A DNA stretch of 63,877 nt, counting the filler, from Olpidium bornovanus S191 (lineage: Eukaryota > Fungi > Olpidiomycota): the NCBI GenBank assembly GCA_017911155.1. It is 26 parts of 26 records of this genome, joined end to end, with 100 filler letters (N's around TTAATTAATTAA, not from the genome) between each part and the next. Parts side by side here need not be neighbours in the genome. Positions count along the whole stretch, not along the records: positions 35,448 to 37,959 come from JAEFCI010004272.1; positions 38,060 to 39,428 come from JAEFCI010007131.1; positions 39,529 to 41,113 come from JAEFCI010008164.1; positions 41,214 to 43,106 come from JAEFCI010003897.1; positions 43,207 to 46,171 come from JAEFCI010008238.1; positions 46,272 to 47,378 come from JAEFCI010003473.1; 20 more parts are not named here. One strand, given 5' to 3'. The translations under genes were made by a program, and so were the position numbers. This document shows positions 36,198 through 47,478 of the stretch, one piece after another. Each line of letters begins with the position of its first letter. Position 1 is the first letter of the stretch. The notes below the pieces were generated by a model. That model saw nothing but the letters and a program-made list of their open reading frames with translations. It ran no database searches and was not told the DNA's origin.

Positions 36198-37174
36198 TAG
36201 GGTTCCTACCCGCGGGGTCGGGTACGGGTTTTGCCTAAACCCGAACCCGTACCCGTGGCAGTTTGAAGAACCCGTACTCGCACCCGAGCAGCTTCAGTGA
36301 AACCCGTACCGGTACCCGTACCCGGCGTGTAGATCTATTGAATTTTACTTCTGCTGATATTTATTCGTAATTTGCTTTTCTTCTTCAGTACATGCCTACG
36401 ACTAATCTTTCTTTGCTGCACAACACCGAATTCTTTATACTAATTCTTCATCAAGACAAGCATCTCAAGTGCCTCGGGACTCATGCGGGTACGATTCCAT
36501 CTCAGAACTCTGTGACCAGAAGAGAAGACCCGTTCAGAAGGGGCACTGGTTGCCGGGATTGCGTGAACATGTTTGGCCATTTTGGCCAATGTCGGAAACT
36601 TAGAGCTGTGTGATTTCCAAAACGCAAGGATATCCAGATCACCGTCGGCCTGATCCATGAGTGTGCACGCGTTGATCTCAGCTTCAACACTTGTCATGGG
36701 CTGGGCACGCTTCTTGAATAAACGGGATTTGAGCCTGTTGGAGCTGAAACCGGATGATCCAGATGTTGATTTAGATTCCACAGGCTCGTTGTCGACATGG
36801 AACTTGTCGGCCATGCGAATAACCAAGTCGGTAACCTCACAGGCAGCTTGTCTTGGAAGTGAGTAGCGTCTTCCCACTCGTTCATTTTGAAAAACGAGGG
36901 GGTGAACCTCGGATCCAAAAATGTGGTGACATACAATACTTCCTGATGGTACGCGTTATGAAAATACCCATCCATTTTTTGATAATTGACAATGCCACTG
37001 GTTCCAATTGCGCGGCATCGTAGCAACCTTGGATCTACAAAAATCACAAGTTGAGTTAAATCGCTTTTAAACGTTATGTGATGTGCAAAAATAATTGCGG
37101 TCAGGCCTTGTGCTTACCTGAGTAAGTTCAAAAATGAGAAACGTAAATGTAGGCAGCACCAGAGAAGCTGTTGC
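36198..37174 (-). mobile_element. hAT DNA transposon 3' part: disrupted transposase, dimerisation domain and terminus
   Basis: TASLVLP, TTFLDPRF, DILAFWK..FPTLAKMAK.VHAIPATSAPSERVFS.G...R.R.R.S (frameshift about 36880; probable intron about 37035-37114). The TAGGG terminus at 36198 has dense ACCCG subterminal repeats to about 36325. Confidence 0.9.
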
Positions 37175-37829
37175 TGTGCTGTAGCACGGCCCTCAAACCG
37201 CCCGTCGACCGACGCCACGCAAGGTAGGCGGCGGGCGAAGGCGGGCGCAGGGCAAAGGGCGGCAGGGCAAAGGGCGAGAGGCGGTCGAAGGGCGGAAGCG
37301 GCAGCGGCGGGATCGAAGGCAGGACGGCCCCCGAATCCGGGGGTCGACCAATAGAATAGCCCCCCTCGATTCCCGCCAATCGAAGAGCGCTTCCCCCCTT
37401 CCCCCCTCGAAGTCCGCCAATCGAAGGGCTTCCCCCTTGCCCCCTTCCCCCCCCAGAGCCGCACGTGGGAACCCCCACCAAACGTAACCCCCCCCCACTG
37501 CCACCGCGCTCCCCCGCACCCCCCCCGCACGCAAGAGCTTGGAGCCCCGCGTGGGAACCGCGCGGGAAGGAACCGGACGCACCGCGTCGCCAGACGCGAC
37601 GTCGAGGGACGGCCTTTTGCCGTCGAACTGCCCCCCGCTTGACGTCGAGCATAAATAGCGTCCCTTCCGCTCCGTAGCTCGACTTCGACCCCATCCACCT
37701 TGACCGAACTTTACCGAACTCGACCTTTTCCTTTCGACTGCGCTGGCAGCCCTCGTCACCTTACCTGCAGCGCCGTCTCAGACCTGACGAGGGAGAGGAA
37801 TATAACGCTGTGAACCTTGCCGCAGTACA
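37175..37829 (+). mobile_element. 5' LTR (655 bp) of an LTR retrotransposon inserted into the hAT transposase
   Basis: Ends TGTGCTG...CAGTACA form an imperfect inverted repeat; three CCAAT boxes; CATAAATA near 37650; second copy at 63481; directly followed by a PBS. Confidence 0.88.
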
Positions 37830-37842
37830 TGGTAGCAACGCC
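37830..37842 (+). promoter_or_regulatory. PBS TGGTAGCAACGCC (initiator-Met type)
   Basis: Abuts the LTR CA end and starts TGGTAGC, like the Ty1/Ty3 tRNAi-Met PBS. Confidence 0.8.
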
Positions 37843-37850
37843 TCTTCGAT

Positions 37851-37959
37851 ATGACCCGTAACCCGACCTCTCCCGTTGCCTCCGCCGCAGGACCGACCCT
37901 CCTGCAGACAGAGGCGGACTACCAGCTGGCGATCCGTCAGCTGGAGGCCCGCCTGGCGG
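37851..37959 (+). CDS. gag N-terminus (MTRNPTSPVASAAGPTLLQTEADYQLAIRQLEARLA), truncated
   Basis: ATG 8 nt after the PBS; frame open to the contig end; heptad-like segment. Confidence 0.65.
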
Positions 37960-38341
37960 NNNNNNNNNNNNNNNNNNNNNNNNNNNNNNNNNNNNNNNNN
38001 NNNTTAATTAATTAANNNNNNNNNNNNNNNNNNNNNNNNNNNNNNNNNNNNNNNNNNNNATTTCAACAGAAGCAAGGCGCCGGTGAATGGTATTGCGTGC
38101 TGAAGTTTCCGCAAGCCTCCGCTCAAAATTCCCTCCGCCGCTACTTCCTTGTACTCCTCCCCCCCGCCTCCCCCCCTCCCTCCCCTCCTCTTCCCCCTTC
38201 CCTCCCAAGGCCCACATCCGCAATTCTGCATTTGGAATTCACAACACGCGGATAAGACTTGCTGTACGTGATGCCTGATTCGACCAGCGCAGGAACCAAG
38301 CAGAAGTATGAATGCTTTTCAAAAGTCCAGTGTCCGGCTTC

Positions 38342-39260
38342 TTAGCTCTGGAAACCCTGGAGGGTTACCACCATGCGGCGGCCTGCACTGTTGTTGCGGT
38401 GTTCGCACAGCCAAATCTGCGGTAAATAAGGAAGGCGAAAGTGAAAAAAAAGGAAAAAAAACTGTCTCCAAAAACTCAAAGCGAAGGAAAGCCGCCAAAT
38501 GAAACATTCAAGATCCGAACTTCTTTTTTTCTGCCGTCCAAAGACCCACGCCTTGCCATGTTCCGAGAGCCAGCCGGCCGTTTTGGATGGGAACCGTAAG
38601 CGACACGCCGAACAAGCTGCTTTTCGCGTGCCCGGGCTTTCAGCGGAGATACGCGCAGTCTCGTCAGTTCCCGGGGCGCGGCCCGCGAATCGACCCAACC
38701 GTTGACGAAGGACGATTCAAATTTTTTTTTTCTTTCCCCCTTTACCATGTCGTCCGGGCCTGGACAAAAAAAAAACGGTAGCCGTCAGATAAACCAGTTT
38801 TGCGCCACGCGAGGTTGGCGATGTCAATTCCGCTCGACAACCGCAGAACCCGGGCCTCGCCGAAACGCACCCTCGTCGGTGTGCACGTACGGCGCGTCCT
38901 CGGGCGCCAGGCGGTTGAGGATCATCTCAATGTCCTGCAAATACGAAACATGCGCAATCAGCGGCTCGCTTAGCCTCGCGTGAAACCTGTCCGCGAAAGT
39001 GTCGGAAAGATTGTACGTTGGGCGGGGGGGCGGGTGGGTGGGTGGGTGGGTCGCGCGGGGAACATGTTTCGCCGTACCTTGCGAACCTGTAACGCGCGTC
39101 CGGTCGCGGTACGCAGGGCGGAAGAAACAAAAAAAAAAAAAAAAAAAAAAAACGGTCAAAAAACGGCGCGGGCGTCCCGCTTTGGTAACGCAGAAAAACG
39201 GGTCCTCACGTCGGGGTCCGCGTTCTCGTTTATCGTGATGGAGGCGGAGCTGTGCTGCAC
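38342..39260 (-). CDS. yjbQ: UPF0047/YjbQ family protein, multi-exon; 5' part not resolved
   Basis: [87 protein letters not shown]. Confidence 0.93.
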
Positions 39261-39528
39261 TTTTGAAACGGAGCGCGGGAACAGGACCAAAAAAAAAATA
39301 ATCTCGGTCACCGCTTGCGAAACGCAAGGTCCCACAGAGAGCGCAGGCCCTCTTCTCTGCAAAAAAAAAAAAAAAAAAAAAAACGGGGGCCCCGGTGGGC
39401 GGGCGGGCCGCCGCCCGGGGGGGGGGGGNNNNNNNNNNNNNNNNNNNNNNNNNNNNNNNNNNNNNNNNNNNNTTAATTAATTAANNNNNNNNNNNNNNNN
39501 NNNNNNNNNNNNNNNNNNNNNNNNNNNN

Positions 39529-40995
39529 CATGGAAGCCGCGACCAGCAAAGCGGTCACCGCACAGCACACCCAGATCTTCCAGTACATCGTCGAAATTTC
39601 GGCACTCAGGCCTTCTTTGTAGTGGTTCGACGCCGTCGTCAGGCCGGCCTGGAGGGCCAGGTAATTTTCTCGAATATATCTAGGTGGGTGGGGGGGAGAA
39701 GGGGAGGCGGCGAGGGAAGAGGGGAAGAGGGACGCGGGCGCATTCCAAAGGGGGGGGAGGGGGGGGGGGAAGAATTGCGGTACGGGGGAGCCCGGGAAAG
39801 GCGGGGAAGGCTGTGAGAGACCTGCTACGCGGATTCGCTCGCGGTCGTCACGGTTGCTCACTCAGAACCTATAATGTATCTCGTTCTCCATCAGCGCATC
39901 TGAAAACCGTGCCGGGTCGCGGTCCAGTAGAAGAGCGGCCTGGTTTTCCGGAAACGGAAACAAAGAAAAAAAATGAAGCGCGCAGATTGTGTCGGCGTCA
40001 ACCGCGGAGTGTGACTATGGGATGCACGTGGCAAACGACAAAAAAAATGAGTGTGCGTGTGGGGAGGGGGGAGGCGGGGGGAAGAGGATGGGGGGTTCAA
40101 AAATGTCCACCCGCCTTGTTCGCGTATTTCTCGGTCATTAAGTACAGCGCGTTCGTCTCGTCTACGGTGACATCAGTCGGGAAAGTCCTTAATTTTTCGG
40201 ACATCGACGGCGTTACCATTAGATCTATGAGAGTCGGAGCGTTTATCAGCGTTTCCGCGTAGGCAGTGCGAATAGATTGTCGAAGCGTCTCGGTGGCTTC
40301 CGCCAGGCGGCCTTTCTGGAACGCGAACTCTGCCGTATCGTTCCTTAGCACCGCCAGCGTCATTAGCCGTGTGGTCTGGAATACTCTGGCCAAGTTGAAT
40401 TGACTAGATGTCAGGACCCGAAGGTAGTCTTGCCTTGCCGACTCGCCTCGTAGGACGTTCTGCAGAACAATAGAGTTTTCGATTCGGAAAGATAAAAATG
40501 CTTGTCTCCTTTTCGCGAGATTCACGGGGAAAGGTATCGCAACTCGCTCACGCTGACGGTCCAGAACAACCAGGATTGCAGCCCTACGTTCACGACGCAG
40601 CTCGCCGTCGCGTAAACGCGGAGTTTTTTAAGTAGAGCCCGTCCGGGAATGGACATCTGCTGGATCAACACCGCGCGCTGGTTGCCGTGGCCCGATAATG
40701 ACGAGCCGTACGCCGCCTCTCTGGCTGCGCGGCTGCGCTTCTCGTGGGACTCCTTGGTCGTGCCCGGACGTGCCAACCTGCCGAACTTGCTGTTCAGAGG
40801 CTGCGGGGCGCGAACCTGGCCGCGTGCGTCTTCGGCGTCTAGGACCGTTCGGTGCTGAAGGGCAACCGCGCCCTCCAGCAGATCCGCCTGCTCAATGTAC
40901 GGCTCCGCCGCCTCCCTCTCGTTTTTGATTTGATCGAGAAAAGATGCAAACGCTCTGTTGATTGCGGCCGAGCCAGGGTACATGCCCAGCAACAT
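39529..40995 (-). CDS. Internal fragment of a TmcB/TmcC-like multipass membrane protein
   Basis: GMYPGSAAINRAFASFLDQIKNEREAA (TPR-like helix pair), Ser-rich linker, hydrophobic segment, long helical loop, then a second hydrophobic segment (WKIWVCCAVTALLVAA). Family assignment is from memory. Confidence 0.5.
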
Positions 40996-41213
40996 GCGGT
41001 AGGACTAGGCACGCACGGCGTTTCAGAGGCTTTTTTTTTCCAAAAAAAAAGTCGAACGCGCAGTTAATGTTTGCAACTTTTTGCTGCTTACCCTTTCGGC
41101 TTCATTAACCGCCNNNNNNNNNNNNNNNNNNNNNNNNNNNNNNNNNNNNNNNNNNNNTTAATTAATTAANNNNNNNNNNNNNNNNNNNNNNNNNNNNNNN
41201 NNNNNNNNNNNNN

Positions 41214-41480
41214 CTTGGCGGTCCGCAGGCAACGCGCGCATCAGGTACTCCGTCTTGTCAAACACACGTGCCCTAGTCGAGCTGCTTGTACTTTCTATCA
41301 AATGCCCTGAGAATGGTTTCCACGTCGTCCATGAAAGCATATCTTTTTGCACGTGCGGCACAACCGCTCTTTTTTTGCATTTGTTGAGTGCCCGCGCTGT
41401 CTTCTCTGCAGTAAGCTCTAGAAGCCTGTTGTTGTCTGTTTCTACTGTGGTGGGCTCAGCAAGCGTAGCATTATTGTAGT
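41214..41480 (-). pseudogene. Degenerate retrotransposon gag fragment
   Basis: DDVETILRAFDRKYKQLD*, then FDKTEYLMRALP in another frame; it lies downstream of a PBS-like site. Confidence 0.45.
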
Positions 41481-41749
41481 CATTGTGCTGGGTGTGTGTG
41501 GATCAGTGGAGACGGGGCAGGCAGGGGGGGGGTTCACCTTAGAATATTTATTTTATGAATTGGGTCCACGTCCTCCGCATGTACCAGGGAACATATCAGC
41601 ATGTGGTGAGACAGCGACACGGTCGTCTTTGTCGTAGTTGTCAGGAGGCAGGGAAGGCAAAGTGGTGGGGGCCGCTCCGCGATACACCGAGTTCCCATGG
41701 CGAGCCATAGCTAGAGATAGACCAACGCCCTTACGGGCTATTGTATTAG

Positions 41750-42300
41750 CCAGTGAGCTAGCGCCATGCAGTAGCAGGGCAGACCCAATGGGTCCCTTGG
41801 GGCTGTGTTGGCCTCGGGGGTGGTATATGACCTATGGTCCGGGTGGGACCCGCCCACACACCCCCCCTCTTCGCCCCCCAACAAAAGCAAGGATAAATGT
41901 GGTTTTTTTTTTCTGGTGAGGAGAAGCACGAATTCACCTGTGATCCGACTGGCCCGGCTGGGGTAAGAGAGAGAGCAGAGAGCAGAGAGCTGCTGCTGCG
42001 GGCTGCGCGGGCAGGCCTCGGGCGGTGGTCAATGAGGGCAACCCCAACGGCCTTAGAAGTCTAAGTCTGGTTACCGCGTCGGCATGCGACTATATGCGTC
42101 GGCATGCGATTATACCGCGTCGGCAGCTTGGCAACGGAAGGGCCGCGGGTTCTAAACCCCTCGAGGCCCTCTCCAGCCCTGTGAGAGTCGCGGGTTCGAC
42201 CCCCGCTGTGGGGCGCAGTCAGCCGGGGCCTCACCAGCCCTGTAACCCCTCCGTGGGGGGCTAGGTTGCTGCTGGATGCCCACCGGGCCAGGCCGAAGCT
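41750..42300 (-). mobile_element. Probable LTR 3' end (..CTACTGCA at 41767) plus PBS TGGCGCTAGCTCACTGG; LTR start unresolved
   Basis: CA directly followed by TGGCGCT, the same PBS class as 87-104; about 20-bp tandem repeats GCGTCGGCATGCGA at 42076-42126 with TATA-like words. Confidence 0.5.
42121..42215 (+). ncRNA. tRNA-like sequence (tRNA pseudogene or SINE head)
   Basis: Perfect T-arm GCGGG-TTCGACC-CCCGC (42190-42206), A-box-like TGGCAACGG, GGG-TTCTAAA-CCC hairpin and CTCTC/GAGAG hairpin. The acceptor stem does not pair cleanly. Confidence 0.4.
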
Positions 42301-43206
42301 GCTGCCGGGCCCCCTATGCCGAGGGCGTTCCCCCCGGCAGGCCGGTGTTGCCATGCGCGCGCCTGCTGAGGCACCGGCGTCGCACAGGGCATCGAACACC
42401 GGGGCACAGGCACAGGCTGGACGACAGAGCATGCAAAACCCGGGGCACCGGCCCAGGTCGGGGACACGGAGCCCGAGTGGGGCGTCCGGCCGGCAGCTCT
42501 GGCCCGAAGTGGGGGCAGACCACCAACCGCTTCCGTTTTTATTTTTATTTTTTTTGGGTTTTTCATCTTCGTGTCACCCAGAATGCCCGGCCAATAATCG
42601 CAAAGGCTGCAAATTTTACAACGCGACAAGCGAAACGCCTCAGTCGCGCCTTTTCCCCTCTCTCCCGTTTCTTTTGCGAGGTTCCGGGACGTCCTCTTTT
42701 TTGCTGCTGACGTCGCGCGATTTTTGCGGACCGCTTTTGCCAGAGCACCGCTCAGGAAACTCACGGTGTCAGCGGAGGAGGAGCATTTGTCGTCAACGCG
42801 GGTGTTCACGCCGTCCTGGTATTTCCCGCCTGGCACTGGGGCTCGCGGTCGTCTCATCTTTCTCGTCGGGTGGTGCAGCGCCGCGGCGCTGCATGCACAA
42901 CAAGCGTTCGACGCGCACAAAACCCAGGTGGATTGTGAAAGACGCGTAAGACGAGGGTGGCTTTGGAGTTTGGCAGCCAGCTGGCTTTCATATCTCGCCC
43001 GTTGAACTTCCCGCCCCTGTCGCACCGAAACGGCCGAACCCGGGAGACGGAGACGGAGAACGCACGAGCTCGGATACGGGACTCTATTTCCCACCCACCA
43101 CCCCCCNNNNNNNNNNNNNNNNNNNNNNNNNNNNNNNNNNNNNNNNNNNNTTAATTAATTAANNNNNNNNNNNNNNNNNNNNNNNNNNNNNNNNNNNNNN
43201 NNNNNN

Positions 43207-44467
43207 CATGCCTTGCCTTCAATAAAACGAGTTCGCATACCTGTTCGTGGAAGTAGTCGAACTCCTCGTGCTTGACCCCGCCAGGGAGCTGCGGAAACAG
43301 TTTCAGATGGGCCCCTTCAAACGTCCGGACGTACTGGGAATTCGTAAAATTTCACTCCGGGTTAAGATTCGGATTGCCGGAAAACCGTAAAAGATGCTGA
43401 CCTGGGCCCAGCCTGCAAGCGAGGAAACCGAATCGGCCCATCTTCTGGTAAATCTCCTTCGTCGGGGGCTTGCCCATATCTTCACAGGCGAGAGCCTCCG
43501 GGGCAATCTCCTCGTCAAAAAATTTCCTGATCGCTGCGCGGAACCGCTTGTGCGACTCGTTGAAGTACGGCGACTTGAATCCCAGCCAGTAGCTGGCCTC
43601 CGCGTACGGGACGGCGCTGATCGAGCCTGGCTGCTTTGGCTCAAAGTTCGGCCGCTCGCCCCGAAGCCGACCGATGAGGTACTTCGGCCGGTACTTCGCC
43701 AAAACGTCGTTGCGGTGCAAGCCGTAGAAGGCCTCGGTCGCGTCTTTGCCTGGATTTTTTTGACCAAGGAAGACGCACACGCGAGGCGTGGGCCCAAAGA
43801 TCCGGCATCCACCGACGCCACCGCGCGCTCGCGCGTTTCCGGTGTCTTCACAAATATCACCGCCGCCCCCTACCGGCTACGTCCAAGATGACACCCTCGC
43901 CTCCTATATGGAAGGGCCGCGACGTCACGGTCAGCGAACGCGAAGAAACGGGGCCCTGGCGCTGCAAACGGCTGGAAAGACCTCCGCGTACCGGGGTGCA
44001 TGATTTTAAACTTTGTGAGGTCGTACACATTGCTGTCTGCGAGGGCGATTTCGTGGTCGCAACCGTTTAATCGGCAAAAGAAAATAAGCGTAGGAAGGTT
44101 CGCGATCCGTTGTGAAATAAAAACCAAAAAAAGGGCGCCTGTACGCCCGCAGCCCCCGAGGTTTCCGGTCCCATACGATGTTGTCGCTTTAGCAGGGTTT
44201 TGAAAAGGGCCGGTTTCCGCGGTTTTCGGGCGGGTTGCTTCGTCGCGCTCATAAGCGACCTTACCCCCCCCCCCCCCCCCCCCCCGCCGACGCAGCCGAC
44301 GCGCCCAAGGCAAAACGCGGGTACCGGCCTCTCGTTCACCTCTCCCGTCCCCCGCTCCCCTTCTCGTCTTCTTCGCCCATACCGATAATGACCCAGCAGG
44401 ATTTGGCGGTGTTGTGGGAGGCGACTTCCTCGCGAGTGAACTCCTTGATGTCGTCGTTCCCCGACAT
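43207..44467 (-). CDS. Acyl-CoA dehydrogenase with an N-terminal cytochrome b5-like domain, 3' truncated
   Basis: MSGNDDIKEFTREEVASHNTAKSCWVII/DSNVYDLTKFKIMHPG/KDATEAFYGLHR..KYLIG..VPYAEASYW..SPYFNESHKRFRAAIR/LPGGVKHEEFDYFHE. Confidence 0.92.
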
Positions 44468-46727
44468 GGTTCCCGTCGTGTCTCTCGATCCCTTCTTGAT
44501 CTTACCTTGAACGGGGTGACAACCCTAAAAAGGCGAGCGGAGTTAAGCGGTTTTGATCGGGGGTCACGGGAGGCCACGTGCTCCCACGACATTGTTGGTG
44601 TGCACCGGTGACCGCACGCGCACCGTCCCAATTCCCCCTGCGGGCGCGCTGCTCAAACCTTTACGCCGAGATTTGGGGGTGCCTCGTTTGCGCTTCTGGT
44701 TCGCCCTGCGCGGCAGCGGCTCTGGGCCACCGCGCGCCGACCCGACCGCAGCGATTCGTTTCCGTCGCCGGAGCCGCCGCGCGGCGCTTTAGCCAAGTTA
44801 ACCCTACGCGTAGCTGGTTGTCTCGGTTTGCGAATTGGCACCGCAGACTTGCTTCCTTCCCGGTTCCCAGCCGGGTGCAACCTTGAGGGCACGCGGTTAC
44901 CTCACACACACACACCCTCCCCGCCCCATACGGCAAGTCACTCTCCACAACAGGATTGCTTCCTGGAAACGCAAGCACAGGCACAAAAATGACTCGTAAC
45001 GTCACGCGAACCACGGTCCCAAGCGCTTCACGAAGGATATTAACTCGCGGCCAACGTCCAGATAGACTTAGACAAGCAAGAATATCCAGGTGGCCCCATT
45101 TGTTCCCTCTGATTGCAAGAGGGAAAGGCGCCTTTTGACATCAGCAGGCACAGGCGGTCTTGAAGGGGTGGATACCTGGAGGCAAAAATCTAATTGGAAA
45201 TCGACTGACGTTTTCTTCAACCTTATCTAACGCGAAGTGTTTTTTTTTGGAAAAAAGATTGGTCATTTCTCATCAGAGTCAAAGATGGTCGAACAGTTGC
45301 GCGGATCAGAAATTTTGTGAATATCCCATATGGGCAAACGTGCCGGCGCCCACAGAGCTGGTGACAGGGGCACAAGCGGCAGATGCTCGTGCACGGACCA
45401 ATTGATGTGAAAGCCTTAATTAGCACACGCTCACACGCCGACACACGGGAAAGGTGGAACGTGGCGGCCACGGCTAGGTACCAACGGGGGGACCCAGAAC
45501 CGTCGGGTTCGAGGGATCCGGACTTGGCTGTCATTTGGCCGAACCCATGCGTCACCGACTTGGACGGGGACGTCTGGTGCCTGACTAGTTGCAGAGCCGG
45601 ATGATGCGTACAGTTTAGGCTTTTTTGTTTTCGCCGTGGACCGAAACCCGTTGGGTGTACTCGAGGCCAGTCGTCCCTCAGAGTTTGCTGTGTGACAAGA
45701 ATCGCAAATCCTGCCTTCCACGACGACCGCCGTCCGCTGAGAGGTTCCTTGAGGTAAGGTGGAATAATGACGTGACGAGAGTATTCCATGTGACTGGCCG
45801 AAAGCATGCATACGTACGCGCCCTTTTGTACGGTGACCAAGGTTGTGTACGCGCTGCCCCGGTAAGTTTTGGCCCGGGGAATTAAGCCGGTAGGTGGGTC
45901 GCCCCCGGCCGACTCTCGCCTATGCTGAGATCACAAATCCGGTGTAAAATTCCAATGTATGATACATGGGCCACGTGGACCGCCAAAACCCGAATTCCCT
46001 ATACGGAACCCGGCAAACTGTGCACGAACGGGGCTGACCACAACAAATTACATGTGGTATGTTGAGGAAGACCTTTGCCGACTTTGCTTGCGTAAACGTT
46101 TCACCGGGATTTGCCTCTCACGCGCCGAGTATTTAGTTCCTTCAACCATCCGGTCGAGCGGCCTGCGGCAGNNNNNNNNNNNNNNNNNNNNNNNNNNNNN
46201 NNNNNNNNNNNNNNNTTAATTAATTAANNNNNNNNNNNNNNNNNNNNNNNNNNNNNNNNNNNNNNNNNNNNCGCAGGGATGTATGGTGTGAATGATACCA
46301 GCGGGGCAGAACGGTTTGCCCCGCGGGATTCACCCTTCGGGGAGATTCTCTGAGCGCAAGCTCTTGGTGACATCACACCCGGCCCTCGTCTCTTGGATGA
46401 ATGGTCCATGTGTTTGTCTTGAGCATAAGGATTGCCGGTCCTGAACTCGAGCCGTTTTTGACTGGCCCCGGACCAGGGGTTTAATTGGTTAAGTGGAGAA
46501 ATCCGCTTAACCACTTGAACAACCGACACGGTAGTGAAAGCTCCGTGATGGTCGCTGCCCTGAAATTTGCTTTCAGCGCAGCCCCTGGTTTGACAAGACG
46601 GCCCATGAATGCCTGGGACAGACAGGCGGCGGTTGCTCTGCACCAGATTGTTTCAACTTTCCTGCGACGCGGTACCGTAAGCTCTGCGCGTGTCACTGCG
46701 AGTTGAATTTTCTTGCGTTGCCTATGT

Positions 46728-46914
46728 TTTACGTTTGTTCGGGCCATGTGTCTCGGAGAGATTGGAGCAGCACGGACGCTGCGTGACGCGGATGAGCATT
46801 ACCTGCGAGCATTATTTCACCTCTGCCGATGATTTACTTTTGTTTGGACCATGTGTCTCGGAGAGATTGGAGCAGCACGGACGCTGCGCGACGCGGATGA
46901 GCATTACCTGCGAG
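46728..46914. repeat. Direct repeat, 2 x 82 bp with a 105-bp period
   Basis: 46728-46809 and 46833-46914, with few mismatches. Confidence 0.95.
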
Positions 46915-47478
46915 TGGTAGGGGACGCGCTGTGTAGCGAAGGTTAGACGTAGAGGTAGTGCTGCCTATCGTCGAGGCACCCGTTGCCTTGACACCGCACC
47001 TTAAACGCCTTTCCTCGAAGAGCCCGTTGAAGTGTTCTTCGACGGATTGGCCGGTGATAACTGATGCGCTTCCCGTAGCGCCCATATCGCCCGTACCGAC
47101 CTTATACCAATGCGCTTCGGTAGCGCTTGTAACGACTTCGCTTCGACGTGCCCAACGAATCGCCCGCCCCGGTGGGCTGGACTGGACACGTCGAAGCGCC
47201 TGCCTCGGTGGGCTGGACGGCTTCCCCGTGGGGGATAGAAACCCCTCCGGGGAGCACCCCACAGGCGAATTCGCGCTTCGCCCTCACCCGAACAAACACC
47301 ACAACAAACAAACGCTTTCCGCCTCCATCCGGGCGCCGTGCCATCCCCGCCGCCCGCATCCGCTCACCGCGCCGCTTCNNNNNNNNNNNNNNNNNNNNNN
47401 NNNNNNNNNNNNNNNNNNNNNNTTAATTAATTAANNNNNNNNNNNNNNNNNNNNNNNNNNNNNNNNNNNNNNNNNNNN

